Source: Patescibacteria group bacterium
Lineage (GTDB): Bacteria > Patescibacteriota > JACPGU01
DNA length: 64,000 nucleotides
Direction of reading: 5' to 3'
NCBI GenBank assembly: GCA_041675145.1
Contig: JBAYUK010000001.1
Coordinates: 220,057-284,056 of the forward strand
The translations under genes and the position numbers were made by a program. Under the pieces are notes generated by a model. That model saw only the letters and a program-made list of their open reading frames with translations. It had not been told where the DNA came from and made no database searches. How positions within the stretch are numbered: the first letter of the stretch is position 1; each line of letters begins with the position of its first letter. Positions 19,786 through 27,381 of this stretch are shown piece by piece.

Positions 19786-20079
19786 TCATTCAAAGAAATA
19801 CGAGTGGCTACCGATATCAATAAGTATTAAAATTAACTGACTTCTGTCAGTTCTGTATAGCAGTAATACATCACTGCGTATGTGACATTCACGAAATTCT
19901 TGCATATCGCCCTTGAGTTGGTGGTCACGATACTTGCTTGCCAGCTTTTCCCCACGAGCGATCGTACGGATAATATCATTGAGTTCATCTAGTGCCTGTT
20001 GATACTTTCCTGATCGACAAATCTTATTATATGCCTTAACAAATCTTTTTGTTTTAATTTGTTGGTACATCTCAGACAC
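19786..20079 (-). CDS. yafQ: Type II toxin YafQ-like (RelE/ParE superfamily)
   Basis: HQLKGDMQEFRECHIRSDVLLLYRTD...GSHS. 8-bp overlap with the upstream antitoxin. Confidence 0.7.
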   Translation of the reverse strand: MSEMYQQIKTKRFVKAYNKICRSGKYQQALDELNDIIRTIARGEKLASKYRDHQLKGDMQEFRECHIRSDVLLLYRTDRSQLILILIDIGSHSYFFE

Positions 20080-20347
20080 CTAAATCCTTAATAAACTCTT
20101 CAACATCAGTATATACCTTTCCCTCTCGTAATGTCTCCTCGACCTCTTTCTTTAAACGCACAGCAAGCGCTTTTTGCTCAGCCCTAGAAGTAGGCTTTCG
20201 AGAGGGCAAAAAAGGCAAGGCCTGATCATGTACCGCCTGCTGAAAGAACACTTTAATTGCAGTAGACATGTCCATCCCTAGGCCAGCAAAGGTTTTTTGC
20301 GCCTCTTTTTTCAGCGATTCATCAATACGAACATTGAGAGTGGTCAT
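20072..20347 (-). CDS. dinJ: Type II antitoxin DinJ/RelB family
   Basis: MTTLNVRIDESLKKEAQKTFAGLGMDMSTAIKVFFQQAV. Confidence 0.7.
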   Translation of the reverse strand: MTTLNVRIDESLKKEAQKTFAGLGMDMSTAIKVFFQQAVHDQALPFLPSRKPTSRAEQKALAVRLKKEVEETLREGKVYTDVEEFIKDLGV

Positions 20348-20413
20348 AGTAGTAATTTAGTAATATATACATTGTAATTACGAAGTCGTTACCTGTCAAC
20401 ACTAAGTCTCCAC

Positions 20414-21486
20414 CTATTCATACCACATGTTCTCGATTTTTTGACCGAGTTCAAAGGTATCTGCATGGCTTAGGACTCCTCGGTACGACTGCATTGTTTG
20501 CAGTAGCTTTTTCTCAACTATCTTTCCGTTTCTATACTCATCCAACTTGTGTCGAATATTTCTAATAATTCGTTGTCGTGTCTTACTTCGAACGAGTCTG
20601 TGGGTCGGAAACACTACATACCCTAGAAAATCTATTCCTTGAGAAAACTTACGAATACTGGTCTTATGCGGGTGAAGTGTGAGTCGCAACTGGTTATGTA
20701 AGAAGCTATTTAGTACTGGGGTTAGCTCCATAAGATACGCCTGGCTATCTGAGACAATCACGAAGTCATCGGTATAGCGCACATAGTTCTTGATACGCAA
20801 GGTATGTTTCACAAACTGATCAAATTCATTCATGTAGATATTGGCGAACAACTGAGATGTGAGGTTTCCAATAGGTATACCTGTTTTTCGGGAGCCCTCC
20901 TTACTCTCTCTCTCTCTCTCTCTCTCTCGAAGGTGCCTACCTGAAGGCTATAGCTTTGGATAATATTCTGGATCAACTGAAGAGCCCGCAAATCAGTGAT
21001 GCGTTTCGAGATAATATCAAATAAGATGTCATGATCGACTGAATCAAAGAATTTACGAACATCACATTTTAGAGCAAAGCATGGGCGAGTGTTGTTACGC
21101 GATACTGAACGCAACATATTCTCAAGAACCGCTACTCCCCGGTGAGTGCCAAAACCTATGCGACAAGAAAAAGATGTGGCTATAAATGTCGGTTCAAAGA
21201 TAGAGTTTAAAACTCTAAACAACGCGTGATGCACTACCCGATCCCGAACTTGAGCTTTATGAATATGTCGCTGTTTGGGATCCTGGATATAAAATCCTTG
21301 ATAAGGCCCGTGCTGATAAGTTTCGCTTTTAAGCTCGCTATAAAGGGCAAATAAGTTTTGCTCTATATCTTTTTCAAAAGCTATCACATCTTCCTTGTGC
21401 CTCTTATCATGTCGGAATTCTTCCCATGATAGAAAGAGATTTGGTACTGAAATAATGGTATGATAGATTTTGGAAAATTTCTGCAT
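20414..21486 (-). pseudogene. DGR reverse transcriptase, interrupted by a +1/-2 frameshift inside a (TC)12 tract
   Basis: N-terminal segment (frame of 20830-21501) has RT motifs 1-3 (FALKCDVRKFFDSVDH). C-terminal frame reads ...GIPIGNLTSQLFANIYMNEF...YVRYTDDFVI (DGR-specific I/LGxxxSQ plus YxDD). The two frames meet in the GA/TC repeat. Confidence 0.8.
20904..20928. repeat. Dinucleotide microsatellite (CT)12C on plus, (GA) on the coding strand, inside the RT gene
   Basis: ttaCTCTCTCTCTCTCTCTCTCTCTCTCga counted directly. Confidence 0.95.
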
Positions 21487-21508
21487 ACTAATAATATACA
21501 ATATCCCA

Positions 21509-21856
21509 ATGGACCACTTCGATATACCCTTATTTAAAAAGTCATACGACCTGTATAAAACACTGTATGGGTACCGTCTTGCTGTACCAAAACTAGATCG
21601 CTATGGTATCTGGCAAAAGACCGAGAATACCTTACTAGAAGTAATCGAACACGTACTCCTTGCAAGTCAAAAAGCAAAACAAGAAAAGATCTCCCATCTA
21701 GAACAAGCAAGCTCAAGCCTGAACCTTCTTCGTGTTTTTATCCGCCTCATGAAAGACACGAAGGCACTGGACATGAAAAAGTACCTCATACTAGAAGTAG
21801 CCATTGAAGAGATAGGCCGCATGCTTGGTGGCTGGATAAAGTCTACAAAAGAATAA
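21509..21856 (+). CDS. avd: DGR accessory variability determinant (Avd), four-helix-bundle family
   Basis: MDHFDIPLFKKSYDLYK... and C-terminal LEVAIEEIGRMLGGWIKSTKE resemble Bordetella bAvd (..IAEVGRILGSWI..). ATG at 21509. Alternative TTG at 21470. Confidence 0.7.
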   Translation: MDHFDIPLFKKSYDLYKTLYGYRLAVPKLDRYGIWQKTENTLLEVIEHVLLASQKAKQEKISHLEQASSSLNLLRVFIRLMKDTKALDMKKYLILEVAIEEIGRMLGGWIKSTKE

Positions 21857-21881
21857 ATACCCACTAAGAGTGGGTATTTAT
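21856..21881 (+). terminator. Hairpin terminator directly after the avd stop
   Basis: atacccact-aag-agtgggtat then ttat. Confidence 0.5.
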
Positions 21882-21901
21882 AACCTGTTCTAGGCGAGAT
21901 G

Positions 21902-22019
21902 ACTTCCGGGAGGACGACACGCCCACATTGTCGTTGCGGTTACTGTCCCAGTTGTTGTTGACATTGAGACCGTCGCCATCAAAGCTGCCAATGTTGACAT
22001 GGTTGCCGTCCGAATCGAT
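21902..22019 (-). repeat. DGR template repeat (TR)
   Basis: 118 bp collinear with 22368-22485. 15 mismatches, all at plus-strand T (= A in the minus-sense TR). Encodes an Asn-rich peptide (NHVNIGSFDGDGLNVNNNWDSNRNDN). Confidence 0.85.
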
Positions 22020-22271
22020 AATTGCCTTTCTCCATCCGTTGTGTTTCACTAGAAATCGAGACGTTTACCGCACTGCTTATCTCTTTTTCCTGTATCTTTT
22101 TTGGGGGCTTACTCCACCAGAGAGAGGCAAGAAGTTCGATCTCTATCCTTTTTTGCACACTACCGTCATCCTTAGATAACGATACTCCGGCATCCCAGGC
22201 GAGATATCTCGTGAGTTTAAACCGTAATCCAAACTACATGAACGAGATACTCATACTATATAAGAATTCAA

Positions 22272-22309
22272 AGTAAAAGAAAATGCCGACAGCTAAAGCT
22301 GCCGGCATT
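22272..22309 (-). terminator. Rho-independent terminator of the DGR target gene
   Basis: atgccgacagc-taaa-gctgccggcat followed by a T-run on the minus strand. Confidence 0.5.
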
Positions 22310-22335
22310 GCAAAAAGGGTTCAAAAGTAAAAGTA

Positions 22336-23151
22336 TTAGGGGTTCAAGGACTCAAGAGCCTTCGTAAACTTCCGGGAGGACGACACGCCCACATCGTCGC
22401 CGCGGTAACTGCCCCAGTAGCTGTCGACATCGAGACCGCCGCCATCAAAGCTGCCAATGCGGACAAGGCTGCCGCCCGAATCGATGGAAGCCGTCCTGGC
22501 ATAGAGCTTCATAAAGATCCGCTCCCCAGTGGCCAAGAAATGGCCGATGATGGTATACACCATCACCTGAGCGGTGGGAACTTCTTCGAGCTCCTTGTCC
22601 AGAAGCTCACCTTGCTCGCTCCAGTTTTTAGCAAGCGATCCTGGCACCTCGTCCTTGCGGACCAAGTACCACCCAACGGTTCCTTTTTCTTGAGCAAAAG
22701 CCTGGGAATTGTACCAGGCATCCTCATGCCGATAGAAGAGCGCTCTCTCGACTCTGGACCTTATATCCAGAATGGAGAGCGGAAAAACAGCCACGAGAAT
22801 GTGGGTTGTCTTACACGCACGCAACTCCTCTTCAGAGTACGGCACTTCTTCCAGAGTCTGCAACTCTTCAAGGGTAGGAGTAATGCCGAAGTGTTTTGTG
22901 GCCTCTTCCACCCCGAAGTAGTTGCTTCCCATAATCCTGCGTGCCTTCACCTGGGATTGTGAGGACTTGCTCGTCATGGCAATGAATTCGACAGCCCTTC
23001 GGGCAGCCTCACCCATCATTTCCTGGAAAATATCACTGTTGACGACTGCCAACTGTGCGTTTTCCTTGCTCGTTTCTGCCAAGCCTTGCTTGGCGCCGAT
23101 CTCGGCCAACTGACCGAGTTTGTCTTTCTGTCCGGATGTGATCAATTTCAT
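22336..23151 (-). CDS. DGR target (variable) protein with C-terminal VR
   Basis: C-terminus ...IDSGGSLVRIGSFDGGGLDVDSYWGSYRGDDVGVSSSRKF aligns with the TR-encoded peptide. AAGGAGG RBS. Confidence 0.8.
   Translation of the reverse strand: MKLITSGQKDKLGQLAEIGAKQGLAETSKENAQLAVVNSDIFQEMMGEAARRAVEFIAMTSKSSQSQVKARRIMGSNYFGVEEATKHFGITPTLEELQTLEEVPYSEEELRACKTTHILVAVFPLSILDIRSRVERALFYRHEDAWYNSQAFAQEKGTVGWYLVRKDEVPGSLAKNWSEQGELLDKELEEVPTAQVMVYTIIGHFLATGERIFMKLYARTASIDSGGSLVRIGSFDGGGLDVDSYWGSYRGDDVGVSSSRKFTKALESLNP
22368..22485 (-). repeat. DGR variable repeat (VR) at the 3' end of the target gene
   Basis: Offset +466 from the TR, no indels. 3'-proximal 27 nt (plus 22368-22394) identical to the TR and GC-rich (IMH-like). 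Confidence 0.85.
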
Positions 23152-23201
23152 GTCATCATCCTCCTTTGTAATCTCCCATCCGAGGTAGTGTGAGTACTTT
23201 C

Positions 23202-23250
23202 AGACGAGGGAACTGCTTACCTTCAATACCAGGCAGGCAACTCCCTCATC
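23202..23250 (-). promoter_or_regulatory. 15-bp stem-loop in the 5' leader of the DGR target mRNA
   Basis: Minus-sense AGAUGAGGGAGUUGC-19 nt-GCAGUUCCCUCGUCU, fully paired with 3 G-U wobbles. Lies 35 nt upstream of the RBS. Confidence 0.45.
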
Positions 23251-23284
23251 TGAAATAGGTTAGTTTTCAAAGATCAATTTCTAT

Positions 23285-23313
23285 ATTTTATCACATTTTA
23301 TACTAAAAAGCAA
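23285..23313 (-). promoter_or_regulatory. Putative promoter of the target gene (TTGCTT-N17-TAAAAT on the minus strand)
   Basis: Reverse-complement reading of 23285-23313. Confidence 0.4.
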
Positions 23314-23452
23314 GCTTTTTCTGTATTCCTTTGATCTCTTCCCTTCTGGTCAGTCTAGTCTTGACTTGTGGATAATAGTATGCTAAGATGAAGATATTAA
23401 GACGAAAAGGGGTCCAAACGGCTAACTACCTAAGGCACCCTTTTCTTTTTGT

Positions 23453-23971
23453 CTAAAATACACTCTCTTCTGCTATTTTTTGCCTAATATCACCATCATC
23501 TAAATATACAAAATATTTATTAGATAACTTCTTATAAAGTGAGGATCTAAACCTTCTATTTGGAAATAATATTTTTTCTAGTCTTTCTTCCTCAACAAGA
23601 AAATCGATTAACATTTTGTAGTCCCCATCTCCAGAAACTAACACGATTTTCCCGAAATCTTCTCGTCTATATATTCGTACCATAATGTTGAAGATAATAT
23701 CAGAATCAACATTCCCCTTCTTGGTGCCGAGCATAGCAGCGTTATGTTGACGAAAAACTAAAATAAAACCTGCGAGTTGTATCTCTTCATATAAATCCTG
23801 ATATTGTTCTTGGACATAGCCTAAATAGTAATATGCCTGAGTAACGCCATATTTCTTTTCAAGATATACACGAAAACGAGCTAGATCAATATTCCAAGGA
23901 GGATCGATTTTGGCTGTACCCATATATAGATTCTGTCCATCAATAAACGCATAGTTGTTTTGTTTTTGCAT
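23453..23971 (-). CDS. NYN-domain (LabA-like) protein, predicted RNase
   Basis: YAFIDGQNLY ... VLVSGDGDY signature. Confidence 0.75.
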   Translation of the reverse strand: MQKQNNYAFIDGQNLYMGTAKIDPPWNIDLARFRVYLEKKYGVTQAYYYLGYVQEQYQDLYEEIQLAGFILVFRQHNAAMLGTKKGNVDSDIIFNIMVRIYRREDFGKIVLVSGDGDYKMLIDFLVEEERLEKILFPNRRFRSSLYKKLSNKYFVYLDDGDIRQKIAEESVF

Positions 23972-23981
23972 TGTGATTAAG

Positions 23982-25985
23982 TTATTTCTTTTTTGTTTTA
24001 CCTTCGCGGCGTCTCACCGTCTCCAGCTCAAATATATGATCCCTGATATCTGCTGCTTTTTCAAACTCGAGGTTACGAGCAGCCAAGTCCATCTTTTTTT
24101 CCATATCTCTTACCATCTGGCGGAATTGTTTTTCCGGTAGAGCTTCAATATCTACCGGTAGACCGTCGATTCTCTTTTTCTCCTCACCCTTAGCACTTCT
24201 CCAGTCACCATCCTCAGACACCGCCTTATCTATTGTATGTGGCGTAATCCCATGCTTGGTATTGTATGCTTCCTGGATCGTGCGGCGACGATTCGTCTCG
24301 TCGATAGCCATCTGCATAGAACCCGTAATACTATCTGCATACATAATTACTTTTCCATCCACATTACGAGCTGCTCGTCCCATGATCTGGACAAAGGCCG
24401 AGTAGGAACGCAGAAACCCTTCTTTATCTGCATCTAAAATTGCCACCAGCGACACCTCTGGTAAGTCGAGTCCTTCACGCAGGAGGTTAATACCGATCAA
24501 ACAGTCATAGCGCCCGAGTCGCAGGTCGCGCAAGATGTCCAAGCGATCGAGTGTATCCACATCTGAGTGCATGTAAGCTGCCTTAATACCCAACTCTTGC
24601 AAGTAAAGTGAGATGCGCTCGGCCAGCTTTTTGGTAAGGGTTGTGATTAAGATGCGCTGTCCCCTGGCAGTACGCTCCCGAATCTGTTCAATCAAGTCAT
24701 CGATCTGGTTGGTAGTAGGTTTTATTTCAATAACTGGGTCAACTAGGCCAGTTGGACGAATAATTTGCTCAACAACCTGGATACTTTTCTCTATCTCGTA
24801 GGGAGCTGGAGTAGCTGAGACATACACTATCTGCTTTTGCCGTGCATCAAACTCATCAAAAGTAAGTGGTCGATTATCTCGAGCAGAGGGCAGGCGGAAA
24901 CCAAAATCTACTAGATTTTGCTTACGAGCTGCATCTCCGTTATACATACCCCGTACCTGCGGTACGGTCATGTGAGACTCATCAATAAACGTTAAGAAGT
25001 CTTTTGGAAAGAAGTCTATTAGTGTCGACGGGGGAGAGCCCGGCGTACGACCAGATAAGTGCCGGGCATAGTTTTCAATACCATTCACATACCCTACTTC
25101 TTTGAGCATCTCAAGATCGTAGTTTACTTTCTGCTCTATTCGCTGCGCCTCGATCAACTTGTCGTGCTTTTTGAAATACTCAATGCGTTCTTTGAGTTCC
25201 TCGTAAATACTTTTCTCAGCTCGTGCGATACTATCTGCTGTAGTCATAAAGATCTTAGCCGGGTAGATCGTAAAATCGGTAAGCTTTTCCATCACTGATC
25301 CCGTAATAGGGCTGACCACTCCAATGGAGTCTATTTCTGAACCAAAGAACTCCACCCGAATAACATTCTCCTCATAGGCAGGAATAACCTCTACAGTGTC
25401 TCCCCGTACTCTAAAACGACCGCGAGCAAGCTCCATATCATTTCTTTCGTAAAGGTTGGCGATTAGAAAGTTCAGGAACGCTTCACGGGTCATCTTACCG
25501 CCTTTTTCTATTTTAAAAGAAGCATTGAGGTACTCCTCCGGTTCTCCGAGACCATATATACATGAAACAGAGGCAACAATGATCACATCCCGACGCGTTA
25601 AAAGTGCGTGAGTAGCAGCATGACGCAAGCGGTCTATCTCATCGTTAATTGATGTCTCTTTTTCTATATAGGTATCTGTCTTGGGGATATATGCTTCTGG
25701 CTGGTAGTAGTCGTAATATGAGACAAAGTAGTGTACGGCATTGTCTGGAAAAAAAGCCTTAAACTCTGAGGCAAGCTGGGCAGCTAAAGTCTTGTTGTGG
25801 GCGAGTACCAAAGTCGGACGATTCTGAGCTGCTATGATATTTGCCATAGTAAAGGTCTTACCAGAGCCTGTGACACCTAAAAGCGTCTGGTCGCGATACC
25901 CAGACTCAACTCCTGATAGTAGTTTTTTAATAGCCTCCGGCTGATCTCCTTGTGGCTGAAATGGGGAAACAAGATTAAAGGACAT
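23982..25985 (-). CDS. uvrB: Excinuclease ABC subunit B
   Basis: [14 protein letters not shown]...[15 protein letters not shown]... full-length helicase and UVR domain. Confidence 0.9.
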   Translation of the reverse strand: MSFNLVSPFQPQGDQPEAIKKLLSGVESGYRDQTLLGVTGSGKTFTMANIIAAQNRPTLVLAHNKTLAAQLASEFKAFFPDNAVHYFVSYYDYYQPEAYIPKTDTYIEKETSINDEIDRLRHAATHALLTRRDVIIVASVSCIYGLGEPEEYLNASFKIEKGGKMTREAFLNFLIANLYERNDMELARGRFRVRGDTVEVIPAYEENVIRVEFFGSEIDSIGVVSPITGSVMEKLTDFTIYPAKIFMTTADSIARAEKSIYEELKERIEYFKKHDKLIEAQRIEQKVNYDLEMLKEVGYVNGIENYARHLSGRTPGSPPSTLIDFFPKDFLTFIDESHMTVPQVRGMYNGDAARKQNLVDFGFRLPSARDNRPLTFDEFDARQKQIVYVSATPAPYEIEKSIQVVEQIIRPTGLVDPVIEIKPTTNQIDDLIEQIRERTARGQRILITTLTKKLAERISLYLQELGIKAAYMHSDVDTLDRLDILRDLRLGRYDCLIGINLLREGLDLPEVSLVAILDADKEGFLRSYSAFVQIMGRAARNVDGKVIMYADSITGSMQMAIDETNRRRTIQEAYNTKHGITPHTIDKAVSEDGDWRSAKGEEKKRIDGLPVDIEALPEKQFRQMVRDMEKKMDLAARNLEFEKAADIRDHIFELETVRRREGKTKKK

Positions 25986-25991
25986 GTAGAA

Positions 25992-26246
25992 CTATTTATT
26001 ATAAACATCTCTCCTGTGCCCAGCTTTTAGCACAATAATACACTCACCCACAATGTCAAAAAAAACACGGTAGTCGCCAATACGAAACTTAAATGTACCA
26101 AGCTCAGGATCAAGTAATCTCTCGGCGTGCCGGTAAGGATCAGCCAGATTCCGAACAAGCGTTTTGTCTATTCTTTTCCGAACTACAAAATCAAGTTTCT
26201 GTATTTGCTTGAGAGCTCTATTTGTATACTGATATTCGTATGCCAT
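25992..26246 (-). CDS. Type II toxin, RelE/ParE family
   Basis: FKFRIGDYRVFFDIVGECIIVLKAGHRRDVY. Confidence 0.7.
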   Translation of the reverse strand: MAYEYQYTNRALKQIQKLDFVVRKRIDKTLVRNLADPYRHAERLLDPELGTFKFRIGDYRVFFDIVGECIIVLKAGHRRDVYNK

Positions 26247-26251
26247 AAGAC

Positions 26252-26497
26252 CTACCCAAAAACCTCTTCGTGAGAATGCAACTTACCTTGCTTTGCCTCA
26301 AGGCGAGCGGCACGAATATCCGCAAGAAATTCTGGTGAAGACAGCGCCAACAGATCCTCAAAATAGTCCAGATTAATCAAAGCTGAGACTGCTTTTCCTT
26401 TATTGGTGATTACGAAGTACTTCTCTTTTTCGTTTACCAAACGAATAGCATCTGCAATGTTATCACGAAACGCCGATGTGGTAAGTGTTTTTTCCAT
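26252..26497 (-). CDS. Type II antitoxin, Phd/YefM family
   Basis: MEKTLTTSAFRDNIADAIRLVNEKEKYFVITNKGKAVSALINLDYFEDLL. Confidence 0.7.
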   Translation of the reverse strand: MEKTLTTSAFRDNIADAIRLVNEKEKYFVITNKGKAVSALINLDYFEDLLALSSPEFLADIRAARLEAKQGKLHSHEEVFG

Positions 26498-26513
26498 ATA
26501 ATGAAATTTAATA

Positions 26514-26545
26514 GTACAAATTAATTGTACAACAGATTCGTACAA
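26514..26545 (-). promoter_or_regulatory. Three GTACAA (TTGTAC on the coding strand) direct repeats upstream of phd, candidate TA operator
   Basis: gtacaa at 26514, 26526 and 26540, spacing 12 and 14. Confidence 0.4.
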
Positions 26546-26665
26546 TGTCAACTATAAGATTGATCACACCTGTTTCTCTCTCTTATTATAGAAGCACCAG
26601 CAGATAATCAACATCCATATCATATGGTATATGTCAAGTATATTTAATGAATATATAGAATATAT

Positions 26666-27337
26666 CTAAGTAATCTTTTTATTAATCTTCATTACACAAG
26701 CATCATCGATACCGCCCTTTGCACTCACATAGACTGCATACATAAAAGTTTCCTTTTTTGTGGAATGTTGCCCGCCGAAATCATCCCCAAAGTCGGGGTC
26801 ATTTGTATAGAACTCCGTGTTGTTCATGCCTGTAACTACATTAAAGTGGGTAGTAAAACGAGGTGGCATACTGGTTTGGCGCAAGAACCAGTGAGATAAA
26901 GGTACTAAAACTGGGCGTTGTTCGTTTAGTTCTGATTCGATATCCATATCCGTGGGAATTTTTGGCGAAAATATGCCTCCTTCTTGGACAAAAGAAATAA
27001 AATGCTCAATTGCTATAGCATCATAGCCGTCTTTTAAAACAGTTCGCATCTTTTGCAGATACTCGATCATTTCTGACGAATCAATAAAACTACTGTTGAG
27101 CTGAAATAGTGCTGGGTGTAGGCCAACGATTTCCACATCAAATCCGTGTGCTAGAAAAAACCTTCCTAATTGAGGAGTGGTAGTCCCCCAAGAGTAAACT
27201 CCAAGCTCTTTTCTGATATCTTCGTAAGAAATATCTAGATTATAGTAGTCCGCTATCATCGCAACACAAGCAACCCCACAATCATTGCTCATGTTAGGCT
27301 GTTGAATCAAGTTAACTTTTAAATCAATTTCTGTCAT
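26666..27337 (-). CDS. Papain-like cysteine peptidase, C39-like domain protein (no signal peptide)
   Basis: QQPNMSNDCGVACVAMIADYY N-terminal Cys box. Confidence 0.55.
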   Translation of the reverse strand: MTEIDLKVNLIQQPNMSNDCGVACVAMIADYYNLDISYEDIRKELGVYSWGTTTPQLGRFFLAHGFDVEIVGLHPALFQLNSSFIDSSEMIEYLQKMRTVLKDGYDAIAIEHFISFVQEGGIFSPKIPTDMDIESELNEQRPVLVPLSHWFLRQTSMPPRFTTHFNVVTGMNNTEFYTNDPDFGDDFGGQHSTKKETFMYAVYVSAKGGIDDACVMKINKKIT

Positions 27338-27381
27338 ATTAGATATTTAATTTATCTTATAAATCTACATGTATTTATAAC

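Larger units (their letters stand above)
20414..23151 (-). mobile_element. Diversity-generating retroelement cassette (target-VR / TR / avd / RT)
   Basis: Combination of the features listed above. Confidence 0.8.

Noticed and set aside
20904-20928. CRISPR array or other interspaced repeat
   Set aside because: It is a simple dinucleotide tract, and no spacer-repeat organisation exists anywhere in the window.
20414-21501. Group II intron or retron reverse transcriptase
   Set aside because: Motif 4 is IGNLTSQ (DGR-specific), an Avd gene and a TR/VR pair with A-specific changes are present, and no intron domain V/VI-like RNA structure or msr/msd is evident.
21864-22049. 61-aa minus-strand ORF (MKHNGWRKAIIDSDGNHVNIGSFDGDGLNVNNNWDSNRNDN...)
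   Set aside because: It is the DGR template repeat read as protein, not a gene. TRs often create spurious Asn-rich ORFs.
21928-22276. Plus-strand ORFs 21928-22179 and 22022-22276
   Set aside because: They lie antisense to or across the TR and the TR-VR spacer, have no RBS and low-complexity translation. They are spurious.
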